Both the position numbers and the translations under genes were made by a program. The notes beneath the pieces are model-generated. The model was not told the origin of the DNA. It saw only the letters and a program-made list of their open reading frames with translations, and searched no databases. DNA of 33,272 nt from Octopus bimaculoides (Eukaryota): the NCBI RefSeq assembly GCF_001194135.2, contig NC_068981.1, positions 18,851,348 through 18,884,619 on the forward strand. The letters are read 5' to 3'. Shown here piece by piece: positions 1-10,446 of this stretch. Numbering within the stretch: the first letter of the stretch is position 1; each line of letters starts with the position of its first letter.

Positions 1-159
1 TTCATACACTACAGAAGCCCCAATGCAAATCTGGCAGTAGGTATAATAGTACTGCTAGATAAAAGAACTTGGTGAAATCTGAAGGCGGTTAAGCTTTATT
101 ATGTACTCTACTACATTCTTAACAGAATATTGCCTAGCTAGTATAATGTTTATAAATAT

Positions 160-396
160 ATCATCATCATCATCATCATCATCATCATCGTTTAACGTCC
201 ACTTTCCATGCTAGCATGGGTTGGACGATTTGACTGAGGACTGGTGAAGCCAGATGGCTACACCAGGCTCCAATCTGATTTGGCAGAGTTTCTACAGCTG
301 GATGCCCTTCCTAACACGAACCACTCAGCAGAGTGTAGTGGGTGCTTTTACATGCCACCGGCACGAAGGCCAGTCAGGCGGTACTGGCAACGGCCA
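160..396 (-). mobile_element. Family A non-autonomous retroelement (SINE-like, (GAT)n tail), 5'-truncated
   Basis: (ATC)n followed by cgtttaacgtccactttccatgctagcatgggttggacg...ggatgcccttcctaac; reverse complement of the copies at 5906-6133 and 11857-12132. Confidence 0.9.
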
Positions 397-577
397 GTTT
401 AGCAATAAGAAAATGGAGGGGAGTATGTGGTATTTATCAACTTGTAGACATTGTATTATGTCAATTTACCTGTTTAATTTTCAACTAAGAGGGCAATAAA
501 AACAATATACAAACACATGTGACATATTATGTCATATCAGTAATTCAAAAGGACATCTAGTGACCAATATATATATA

Positions 578-832
578 TTGATAGAAAATACAACAAAAGA
601 AAGAAAGAGACCTCGATATTATGTAAATAGAGGAATTTATCTGTAAAAATATGTGACAATTATTCGGTAGCCATGATAAAACTCTGAGTTTCGGATGCCG
701 GGGTTTCAGATGCTGAGTTTCAGATGCCGGGTCATTTTCATAGCAATTTTCAATGGCCAGATAACTGAAGAGATGGTGGCATGGGTTTCCGCCTGGCATC
801 CGAAACTCGGAGTTTTATCATTGCTACTGAAT
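578..832. mobile_element. Penelope-like element terminal-repeat remnant with inverted partial copy
   Basis: 41-bp inverted repeat 662-702 / 792-832 (4 mismatches), (TA)n at both ends, contains a hammerhead core. PLE assignment is inferred from the known association of minimal hammerheads and inverted terminal repeats with PLEs. Confidence 0.55.
760..819 (+). ncRNA. Candidate minimal type I hammerhead ribozyme
   Basis: Stem I GATAA(760-764)/TTATC(815-819); CTGAAGA 765-771; stem II GATG(772-775)/CATC(797-800) with C801 unpaired; GAAA 802-805; palindromic stem III CTC-G-GAG; GTT triplet at 812-814. Confidence 0.6.
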
Positions 833-840
833 ATATATGT

Positions 841-1020
841 ATATATTCAGATAAGATAAGAGAAGAAATGGAGCAATGTGTAACAATTAGTAACAATTGA
901 TCATTAGTATTGAATGATCATAGTTTAATTATGGTTAAGATAACATTTACAGCTGCTTCATGATCAACTTCTAATTGTTATGTGTTGCTCCATTTCTTTA
1001 CTTATCTTATCTGAATATAT
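841..1020. mobile_element. MITE-like foldback element, about 180 bp
   Basis: 50-bp terminal inverted repeats 841-890 / 971-1020 (44/50 identical), AT dinucleotide ends, non-coding spacer. Confidence 0.6.
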
Positions 1021-1164
1021 AAACCACAGTTTACCCTTTAAATTACCAACTACTGTTAACCTTATATAGTTAGGTAATACACCAGTAGTGGCTATGGATA
1101 CATTTATCCCTTAGATAGGTGTATAACCACTAAGTCATAATTTTATATATATATATATATATAT

Positions 1165-1507
1165 ATCATCATCATCACCGTTTAACGTCCACTTTCCATG
1201 CTAGCATGGGTTGGACAATTTGACTGAGGACTGGTGAACCAGATGGCTACACCAGGCTCCAGTCTGATCTGGCAGATTTTCTACAGCTGGATGCCCTTCC
1301 TAACGCCAACCACTCCGAGAGTGTAGTGGGTGCTTTTACGTGTCACCGGCACGATGGCTAGTCACGCAATACTGGCAATGGCCACACTCAAAATGGTGTT
1401 TTTTTTACGTGCCACCTGCACAGGAACCAGTCCTGCAGCACTGGCAATGACCTTGCTTGAATGATTTTCTAACATGCCACCGGCACAAGTGCCAGTAAGG
1501 CGACGCT

Positions 1508-1510
<3 letters not shown>
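1165..1510 (-). mobile_element. Family A element, longest copy, with three ~65-70 bp internal subrepeats
   Basis: Same 3' body as the other A copies; (TA)n on both sides (1144-1166, 1511-1541). Confidence 0.9.
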
Positions 1511-1544
<34 letters not shown>

Positions 1545-2533
1545 GAATTTTTGTGTATAAATAGATTGTTAGACTGCTACTATCATGTTTAGAGCTCAAT
1601 GTATGTTTTTCACAATCTAGTTTGCTTCCTGTATGGTTGTTAAGTTACTACTACTGAGCAGTATTTGCAATTATGAGTTGCTGAGCAAATGCTGCAAAAA
1701 TAATGATAAACACAAGTTTATTTCATTTAAAATTTTTAACACTCATCTCCCCGATGTGGTTATTTGGAGCCCTGTGGTAGAAGTTCCAAATGCATATAGA
1801 TGCTCAAACACAACATATGTATATTATATGCAAACATATTTGTTAACACGTACGTCATGTCAAACTATATACTATGGGAACAGATATATAAGCATATATT
1901 TGTGTGTGTCTGTGTGTCTGTGTGTGAGAAAACAGTGGGAATCCAAACAATAATGTATCTATCCAATCTCAATGTTCCGGCAGATTCAAAGGGGAATATG
2001 TGATTGCTTATTTTTTTTTTTGTCACCTTAGGCCACCTCCACTCTTTAGATGATAAGTGTTTATAAAACATGATTCACTAGTGTAAGAGGACTTTGAGAC
2101 ACTAGCATGTTTCAACCATATTGTATGTAACCAGTCAGGATGGTTTTGGCTGAGAAGACACAGAATAGATACATTATTGTTTGGATTTTCACTGTTCTGC
2201 ATACAAGCCATGAATTATTATCTGTTTGGCAGACATCAGCTCACATCAGCAAATAATTTGTTTGCTGATTCTTATAAACAAAAGCTCATGCTCTCAGATT
2301 CATTGATCCAGTTGGTTAGCTTTGACAGGAGAAAAACACAATGAGGTCAAAACACTGTAGTGTCTTGAAGTCCCTCTTCCACCATTTGATACATCGTGTT
2401 TATGAACATACACTGTCCAAAGGGAGGATGCATTCTCCAATGACAAAATCAACACTAGTTGGATATTTACCTTCAAATCTGCCACAGTGTATTTCAGAAT
2501 TGACTGATACATTAAAGCTATTTATATATAAGA

Positions 2534-3880
2534 GGTGTGGACATGCTTCTAGCAGAGAAATGGGTCAATAAGGTGATTAAGGTAGACAGGGTGTGCGATA
2601 GGGTACTTAAGGTTAAGCTAGTTTTACAGAGATGGACAGTGACAATCATTTCTGCCAATGCTCCACCAAGCAGATCTGCCATTGAATAGAAAAAGATCGC
2701 TTTTATGACATTCTTCTGCAGGCTACCTCAAAGATGAATTACAGTGACCTTATCTTTGTGGGTGAGGATTTTAACAGACATGTTGGGCAGCACCCAGGTG
2801 TCTTCCATAGAGTACATGGGGGCAGGGGACTATGGAATTGGTTCCCGAAATGAGGAGAGAACAAGGCTGCTGTAGTTCTGTAGTGTGAATGACCAAGTGA
2901 TCTGCAACACCAAATTCAGGAAACCAGCCAATCACCTGATAACCTATACATCCAGTGACCATACCAGCCAGATTGACTACATTCTCATTAAAATGTGTGA
3001 TTCTCAGTTGCTCATAAATGCAAAGACCTTCCCAGGGGAAGAATGTATCCCTCAGCATAGATTAGTCATTAGTGATTTCAGACTACAGGCAAGAAAGATT
3101 CCAAGAAGGAAGCCAGTTAGGAAAAGAAGGGTCTGGAAGCTTAAGCGTACCCTGAATAGTCAGAGATTTAGAGACATCTTAACTGAAGTATTTAAGGAGG
3201 AGTAGGAAGAAGAGGAGGGGGAGGAGGGAATGATGATGATGATGATGATGATGAGGAGGAGGAGGAGGAGGAGGAGGAGGGGATAGACATATAGCACAGA
3301 GGATAACTGGAAGTTCCCCTATGAGAGAACTTACTGAGAGCCCCAAACCGAAATATGAAGCTGGTGCAAAGTCCCAACCAGACCCAGAGTGACAGGGTGG
3401 TGGAACAGTGTAATTGACATGGCCATTAGAACAAAGATGTAGGCCTGTAAGGACTGGAAGAGTGCTGGTAGCAAAGAACTATATCAGGTGGTTAGAAGGG
3501 AAGCTAGGAGGCAGGTATACCTAGCCAGGAGTGAAGCAGAAAGGAAGAAGTTTGCCAATGTTCTGCATCACAGAGACCAGTGACTTGAGGTGTTTCAAGC
3601 TTGCAAGACAGTGTGTCGGGGAAAATTGTGATGTTGTTGGAGAGAAGTGCATTCGCGTGGATGATGGTTCACTTACAGTTAGTGACTCTGCTAAGAAAGA
3701 GGCTTTGAAGTGCCACCACAAAAGGCTGCCAAATGTAGAGAACTCATTGGAGAAGGAGAATCTGTCGAAAGTCAGATAAATCCATGAAAGATATGAAGAT
3801 GAGGAAAGCCCCTAGCCCATTAGGAATCACTGCAAAGATGCTTAAAAGTTCTGGCAGTGTGCGTTATGGTTTAGTCACCT
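2534..3880 (+). pseudogene. Decayed RTE-clade LINE: AP endonuclease, linker and start of RT
   Basis: Manual translation across frameshifts and stops: GVDMLLAEKWVNKVIKVDRVCDRVLKVKL, DRFYDILL, VGEDFNRHVG (GDFN motif), NTKFRKPANHLITYTS..SQIDYIL..QHRLVISDF, GWWNS, KAPSPLGITAKMLK. Internal (GAT)n(GAG)n expansion at about 3200-3282. Confidence 0.9.
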
Positions 3881-3889
3881 CTATAGACG

Positions 3890-3998
3890 TTCACATCACT
3901 GAAATCTCAAAACTGCAAGATAATTCATGATTAATTTAAAATAATGTGAATAAATAAGCATTACATTTGGCAAAATAATCTGAATGCAAAAGGGTTAA
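3890..3998. mobile_element. Possible end of a piggyBac-type MITE
   Basis: Ends in aaaagggTTAA, the TTAA-CCCTT terminus pattern of piggyBac; partner end not found. Confidence 0.3.
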
Positions 3999-4000
3999 AG

Positions 4001-4742
4001 ATGGTGAGCTGGCAGAATTGTTAGCATGTTGGACAAAATGCTTAGTGATACTTATTCTGGTTTTTTAACATTCTGAGTTCAAATACAGCTGTGGGCAACT
4101 TTACCTTTCAAACTTACAAGGCTGATAAAATAAAAACCAGGTGAGCACTTGGTTTGAGGAAACTGACTAGTTCTTCCTACCAAAATTTCAGGCCATGTGT
4201 CTACATTAGAAAAGATTCATCTTCTTCTTCTTCTTCTTCTTATCATTATTATTATTATTACTCTTACAGTAGGGCAGTGAGCTGGCAGAAATGTTAGCAC
4301 ACTGGGAAAAATGCTTACCGGTATTTTGTTTTTCTTTATGTTCTGAGTTCAAATTCTACCAAGGTCGACTTTACCTTTCTTCCTTTTTTTGGGGGGGGGG
4401 CGGTCGATAAATTAAGTACCAGTTGCACACTGGGGTTGATCTAATTCACTGGCCCCCTCCCCCCAAATTTCGGGCTTTGTGTCTTAATGTAGAAAACATC
4501 ATTACTACTACAGTGGTGAACTGGCAGAATTGTTAGAACATCAGACAAAATTCTCAGCAGTATTTCTTCTGGCTCCTTACATTCTGAGTTCAAATCCCCT
4601 TGTAGTCCACTTTGTTGTTCCATCATTTTGAGGTCAATAAAATAAGTACCAGTCAAATGCTGGAGTTGATGTAATGGACTAACTCCGTTGCCCATCAATA
4701 TTACCGGCCTGACCTTGAGCCAAAATTTCAAACCATTATTAT
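4001..4742 (+). mobile_element. Three head-to-tail family C tRNA-headed SINEs (about 4001-4155, 4271-4505, 4512-4742)
   Basis: Each has gagctggcagaa..gttag (A-box-like), ttctgagttcaaat (B box) and a gtcgacttt..gataaa..aagtaccag core. Confidence 0.85.
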
Positions 4743-4970
4743 TCCTTTTATTGTCAATTTTTTGTTATTCTTACTCAGCTGTGATTTGTTTTTGTTTTCC
4801 ATTAATGCTATTATTCAGAATGGAAATAAAATTTAATTATTTTTGAAGGAGGAGAAGGAGGAGGAGATGAGAGTGGTGGGGGAGGAGGTGGAAGAGGAAA
4901 AGGAAAAAAAGAAGGAATTGAGTTTTCTATGTCAGAATTACAATATGATTATTTCCAACTGTGTTTACAG

Positions 4971-5029
4971 AGTGTCAGTAGCTTTTGTGTCTTAACAAAC
5001 ACTCCAGAAGTATTAAAGAGAATGCTTTA
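4971..5029 (+). other. Candidate short exon (unverified)
   Basis: tttacag acceptor and gtgagt donor; frame 0 open (SVSSFCVLTNTPEVLKRML); no recognised homology. Confidence 0.15.
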
Positions 5030-5689
5030 GTGAGTAAATTTACAATCAACTAAATATTAACTAAGAATAATGAAATTAATGAGGCATGCTGGAATAGTTT
5101 CTGATATTTAGCAGAAAATGGTATAATTGTCTTGGAAGGAAGCATTTAAAATATATTATGTCCAGTGAATTATTTGTCTAGTGAAGAACTTTTAGATTTA
5201 AAAACAAAAAAATATTTATTATTATTTTATAACAAAATAAAACAATTTAGATTTCAAGGAATTTAGTAATGGTTTATGTCAGCAAGAAAAGCAGTGAAAA
5301 AAAATTTATAAAATAAGTTAATGTTATATATGGCCAATATTTTTGTGTGCGACTGCTGTTGATTGAATAGATTCACTTGTCTTATTGATGTGTTTATATT
5401 GTTTAGTTCTCTAATGACGACAAGTTTGACTCTGGAAGTATTTAATATAAAAATATTCAATTTATCTTGACTTTGTCTGTTTGGCTGCAAAGAATTCTGT
5501 TTGTAATCATTTTCCTGTAAAAGTGTACAGTACAACCAGATGTCACATGCTAGTGTTTATGACTCAATGCCACGTCCCATGCTTTTGCTAACTTTTTTAG
5601 GTGCCTATGAGCAGACACAGGCACCCTTTCAGTTCTCTCACCTTTGATCCAGTAAAACATTTAGGGTGTGACAGCTGGGGAGAGTGAGC

Positions 5690-5858
5690 TGGGCCACATT
5701 AGCACTTAAATGGTACTCATTACAGCTGAGTAGACTTGGACAACTTAAAATGCTTTGCCTTACTCAAGGACACAATACACTGCCCAGTCCAGGAATTGAA
5801 CCCACAACCTTATTTATGATCATGAGCTAAATTCCCTAACCTCTAGGCCACACACCTT
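5690..5858 (-). mobile_element. Old tRNA-headed SINE with CORE-like segment (family F-like)
   Basis: Reverse complement gives tggcctagaggttagg (A box), ggttcaattcc (B box) and gtgtccttgagtaaggc (CORE-like). Confidence 0.65.
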
Positions 5859-5905
5859 TACCCTGCAAAATAGTTTCTCTCAAATAGACCAGATAAGTAA
5901 ATTGT

Positions 5906-6133
5906 GTGGTCGTTGCCAGTACCGCCTGACTGGCCCTCATACCGGTGGCACGTAAAAGCACCCACTACACTCTCAGAGTGGTTGGCGTTAGGAAGGGCAT
6001 CCAGCTGTAGAAACTCTGCCAAATCAGATTGGAGCCTGGTGTAGCCATCTGGTTTCACCGGTCCTCAGTCAAATCGTCCAACCCATGCTAGCATGGAAAG
6101 CGGATGTTAAATGATGATGATGATGATGATGAT
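5906..6133 (+). mobile_element. Family A element, 5'-truncated
   Basis: gttggcgttaggaagggcatccagctgtagaaac...ccaacccatgctagcatggaaagcggatgttaaa(tga)n. Confidence 0.9.
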
Positions 6134-6562
6134 TCTAACAACTAATTGTTGCCCATGAACAATTACTAGATGGGCGTCACAGAAAGCCATTTTTTATGGT
6201 CCTGGGTATTCTGTGGATGGAAAAACCTCTATACTGGTTCACTAATGGTAACTGCAAAGATTTTATTAAGGAAACAGGAGTTTGCCAGGTACATCAATTA
6301 CTTCCTGACCTCATTGTTTAAAAGTTGCCCACTGGAGAACTTTTGCAAGATATTGCCATGCACGGCATATTTTCCATGAGTTCCCAGAGGGCTTTGCTGA
6401 GAAAGAACACTAGCTATGCCAGCACTGATGAGCTACACTGGGGTACACTAGACTGTATTATCCAGCAGCTGAGTATTATCTCACAAGTCTGAGTTGCCCC
6501 ATGGGTCCTAGCTCAAATGCTGGAACTCACTTCTCTTCATGTTTGTTGTTCAATGACTCTTA

Positions 6563-6756
6563 GATGTCGCAGATAGAGAACTGGGACAGGAACAGGCAAG
6601 ATTCAGAGGAGAAGCAGATGCATTGATGAAATATTCATCCAGTTGAACATCTCTGAGAAGTGGACAGAATGCAATATAAACTACACAGAGGACACATAGG
6701 GAATTCCATAACAAATTGCCCTACTCATCAAGAGCATTTATGCCAACTTTACATGG
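6563..6756 (+). pseudogene. Old RTE-type reverse transcriptase fragment with internal deletion
   Basis: DRELGQEQARFRG / RSRCIDEIFIQLNISEKWTECN, then GIP*QIALLIKSIYANFT, resembling the EQAGFR.GRSC.DQIF and GIP.K.I.LI..LY motifs of RTE RTs. Confidence 0.6.
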
Positions 6757-7064
6757 AATGAAATGAAACAACAATTCCATATCCCCTTCAGGTTAAAAGA
6801 AATTTTAAAAAACATTGAATGTAATCATTTTACTCAACAAAAGGTTCCAGAACTTCTATAGAGAAAGGGAAAAAATTAGCAGCTGCACAACTTGATCAGT
6901 GAAGTTTTATAGATGATGTACTTGAGAATATGTTAGGAAAATTCTCATAAATCCTGCTTTTCTTTTCACTAAGAGTGGTTTTTGTTATTTTTCTATATGT
7001 GATTTTGGGTTCTTTTCTATAACAATTTAAAACTTCCATCTATCGTTTCCAGAAAATACTAATT

Positions 7065-7264
7065 TCAAATTTTGGCACAAAGCCAGCAATTTCAGAGGAG
7101 GGGTAAGTCAATTATATCGACTCCAGTGTTCAGCTGGTACTTATTTTATCAACCCTGAAGAGATGAAAAGCAAAGATAATCGTGGCAGAATTTGAACTCA
7201 GAATGTGAAGATGGATGAAATGCTGTCCAGCATTTTGTCTGGCATGCTAACAATTCTGTCAGTC
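7065..7264 (-). mobile_element. Family C SINE with target-site duplication
   Basis: Reverse complement of family C; flanks tttccagaaaatactaatt (7046-7064) and tttccagaaaaatattaatt (7265-7284). Confidence 0.85.
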
Positions 7265-7619
7265 TTTCCAGAAAAATATTAATTCCTTTTGACAGAATGT
7301 CCAAAAAATATTTTACTAGAGGTGTACAATTAAATGAACTGAAACCAGTATATTACCAATGATTATTCTGTTATATTCTGTATTATTAACGAAAGGTCAA
7401 TTTGGATCTGGAAGGATTTGAACTGTTATCTGTTTTTCCATATAATAGATCAGATTAGGTAATCTATAGAAATTCACATGGGGATGTATTTAGGTGAGCA
7501 GATTAGTTTACAGTAAACTAACGAGCAGATTACTTTACATTGAATTGTCGTATGCAATGCTAAACAGTGAGAATCAAAATCATCATTTGCATATTTATTC
7601 TAAGTATTCTATTTATTCA

Positions 7620-7999
7620 TAGGCGTATGGTTCCAGGTTCAGTCCCACTGCATGGCACCTTGGGCAAGTGTCTTCTACTATAGCCTTGGGCTGACCAGAG
7701 CTTTGTGAGTAGCTTTGGTAGACGGAAACTGAAAGAAGCCCGTCGTGTATATGTATGCATATATATATATATATATATGTGTGTCTGTGTTTGTCCCCCC
7801 AACATCGCTTGACAACCGATGCTGGTGTGTTTATGTCCCCATAACTTAGCAGTTCGGCAAAGGAGCCGATATTATAAGTACTAGGCTTATAAAGAATAAT
7901 TCCTGGGGTTGATTTGCTCGACTAAAGGCAGTGCTCCAGCATGGCCACAGTCAAATGACTGAAACAAGTAAAAGAGTAAAAGAGTAAAAGAGTAAAAGA
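7620..7999 (+). mobile_element. Family B tRNA-headed SINE with internal (TA)n/(TG)n and (GTAAAAGA)n tail; A-box region deleted
   Basis: Compared with the 9879-10640 copy, taggcg joins directly to tatggttccaggttcagtccc, so about 40 nt of the head is missing. Confidence 0.9.
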
Positions 8000-8419
8000 A
8001 TATATTCCTGCAGATTCAAATATGAACATGCTAATCACTGTTGTGTTTGTCACAAGTGAACAACTTCTTTACAACAAATATGTGTTCATAACACACTCAG
8101 TTCATTAATACAAGGAATTCTGAGGCACCACTGTTTTGACATGCTGTGTCTCATCAACCAGCAGCACTTCTAACTCATTTTTTAATCTTGCTGTTCACCA
8201 TGCGCCTGATGATTCACTATTGATTAGCAGATATCAACATGGACCAGCAAACAGATGAAATTATAGACAAGACTATTGGATTATGTTAGATCCACTTGTC
8301 TGGGGGTATTTTCTGTTTGTAGTAAAATTTAAATGAACTGCATGTAGTCCAGAATATTAACGACTTAGCATATCTCATCTAATCACCGAAATATTCCACA
8401 TGCAAATGAGGTAACCACT

Positions 8420-8580
8420 ATGTGGTTGTTCACCATGCTAGAATTAACAACTGAATCTCCCTCAGATTACACCCTGCTGTATTTAAGATAGGGGAAAAAA
8501 ACAAAAAAAAAACAAACATACTGGACAACATAGTTCATGGTAAACAAAGAACGGTCATAACTGGATCATAAGTTTATGCA
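8420..8580 (+). repeat. Family G old dispersed repeat fragment; related pieces near 16630-16830, 17395-17490, 18915-19110, 19140-19246, 19760-20005 and 25875-25975
   Basis: Shared degenerate motif ctagaaatagcagccaaatctccctcaaatcacacc...acattggataatg...tttgatca...aacaac. Confidence 0.55.
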
Positions 8581-8904
8581 ATCAGAAATGACTTTAACAA
8601 AAAGTGAAAAGGCAAACGAAGTCTCTCATTATCTCCATTGTTAGATGTTAACTATTGTTCTGGTAGAACAAAAATTAACTACTAAAAATTTTATAGAAAC
8701 CATTAGCTAGAAGAATAATAATGAACTAACCAACGTCAAGCATATAGAATGGTTTAAAATAATATTATGTCAGCAAGAGACCAGGTTCTTGGCTCCATCT
8801 GTGCTACACTCCTGACAATAAGGGAGACAATGGCTGTAAAGTTATGATGCCAGACTATTAACAACAACATTATTAACACAAAATTTACTACCAGCCACAG
8901 CTAT

Positions 8905-8950
8905 TGTCCGGTGTCCTTGAGCAAGGCACATTACTCTGCTTGTTTACCTG
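8905..8950 (+). repeat. Isolated CORE-like SINE fragment
   Basis: gtgtccttgagcaaggcacattac. Confidence 0.4.
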
Positions 8951-10134
8951 ACTGACATTTAAATTATTTTACTCATTAGAAGACTATTCAGGTGTGAAAA
9001 CAGCAGATCATCCAGCTTTGTTAAGCATGATAAAATAATAATAAAATAGGAACAAAAGAAAAATTTAAAATTCTGATTAGGACTTCCAGAGCAAAAACCA
9101 AAGATGTTCTATTTATAATATTAGGATATGACAAAGACATTGTAAAAGTGTGTGTCAACCATCTCAGACGACTAACAGTTGAATGTTTCAAATTAAAAAA
9201 AGTAAAAATTAATCAATATTCATGAACATACAGAAAATGTCTTTTGGTATTACACACTTTCAACAAAATCTGTGTCTTGGCTTCACCCATAATGCAAAAC
9301 ACTACCTCCACCCACCATTTTTTAATATTCTTGAGTTATTAGAAATTTCTGAAGAGATCTAATTTTACTGTTATATTCAAGCAAAATATCACCGATATTA
9401 AATTAGTATTTTTTAGAATTTTCCATAAAGTTTTGATAAAATCAGACAAGCAGTTCCGTTAATGCCTGTGAATAGTTGTCTAAACTAAACCAACAACCTA
9501 TATAACACCGACATTTTTCATATTTTCAAGAAGTTGTTATTATATATTTTTTTCTCCTTGTTTTTTTGTGCCTTTTCTTTTATATCCATTTTTCTTGCTA
9601 TCATAGTTATATGGGTTGTGTAAATTTGGACATTTGTATATTGTTAGAGCAATTGTTTCGATAAATAGATGTCACTTTCCTGCCTTTAACCATTTAGATG
9701 TGAAGCAGAAGTGTTATGTGTTTGTCAACAACATACATATACTAAGTTGAGAAAATCAATGTTTATTTTTTACTTAAGCAGAGCAAGATTATTGCAAAGT
9801 AATGGTTGCATCAAAGATGAGAAAAACTCAACCTAAGAGTCTGAACCTCACAGTCATTGATCCTTTAATAAAGAAGCATTTACTCTTTTATGCTTTTACT
9901 TGTTTTAGTCATTTGACTGCGGCCATGCTGGAGCACCGCCTTTAGTCGAGCAAATCGACCCCAGGACTTATTCTTTGTAAGCCTAGTACTTATTCTATCA
10001 GTCTCTTTTGCCGAACTGCTAAGTTACGGGGGCGTGAACACACCAGCATCGGTTGTGAAGCGATGTTGTGGGGGGACAAACACAGACACACAAACATATA
10101 CACACACGTACATATATATATATATATATATATA

Positions 10135-10312
10135 NNNNNNNNNNNNNNNNNNNNNNNNNNNNNNNNNNNNNNNNNNNNNNNNNNNNNNNNNNNNNNNNNN
10201 NNNNNNNNNNNNNNNNNNNNNNNNNNNNNNNNNNNNNNNNNNNNNNNNNNNNNNNNNNNNNNNNNNNNNNNNNNNNNNNNNNNNNNNNNNNNNNNNNNNN
10301 NNNNNNNNNNNN
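10135..10312. other. Assembly gap (178 N)
   Basis: N run. Confidence 1.
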
Positions 10313-10446
10313 ACCACTCAGAGAGTGTAGTGGGTGCTTGGCGTTAGGAAGGGCATCCAGCTGTAGAAACTCTGCCAAATTAGATTGGAGCCTGGTGTTG
10401 CCATCCAGTTTCACCAGTCCTCAGTCAAATCGTCCAACCCATGCTA
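10313..10446. mobile_element. Family A fragment with an inversion junction
   Basis: 10313-10338 is in minus orientation; 10339-10446 is in plus orientation and lacks the 3' tail. Confidence 0.85.

Noticed and set aside
2032-2082. Exon-like AG..GT pairs (also acceptors at 5600, 15332, 17529)
   Set aside because: Stops in all frames or no good donor; expected by chance next to poly-T runs.
2471-2548. Symmetric 78-nt minus-strand exon candidate (ACPHLLYINSFNVSVNSEIHCGRFE)
   Set aside because: Its acceptor lies within the + strand RTE endonuclease remnant (GVDMLLAEKW), so the signals are probably coincidental.
6400-6470. Minus-strand SSVPQCSSSVLA*LVF resembling the CR1/L2 RT motif GVPQGSVL
   Set aside because: It needs an insertion and no YxDD/FADD motif follows.
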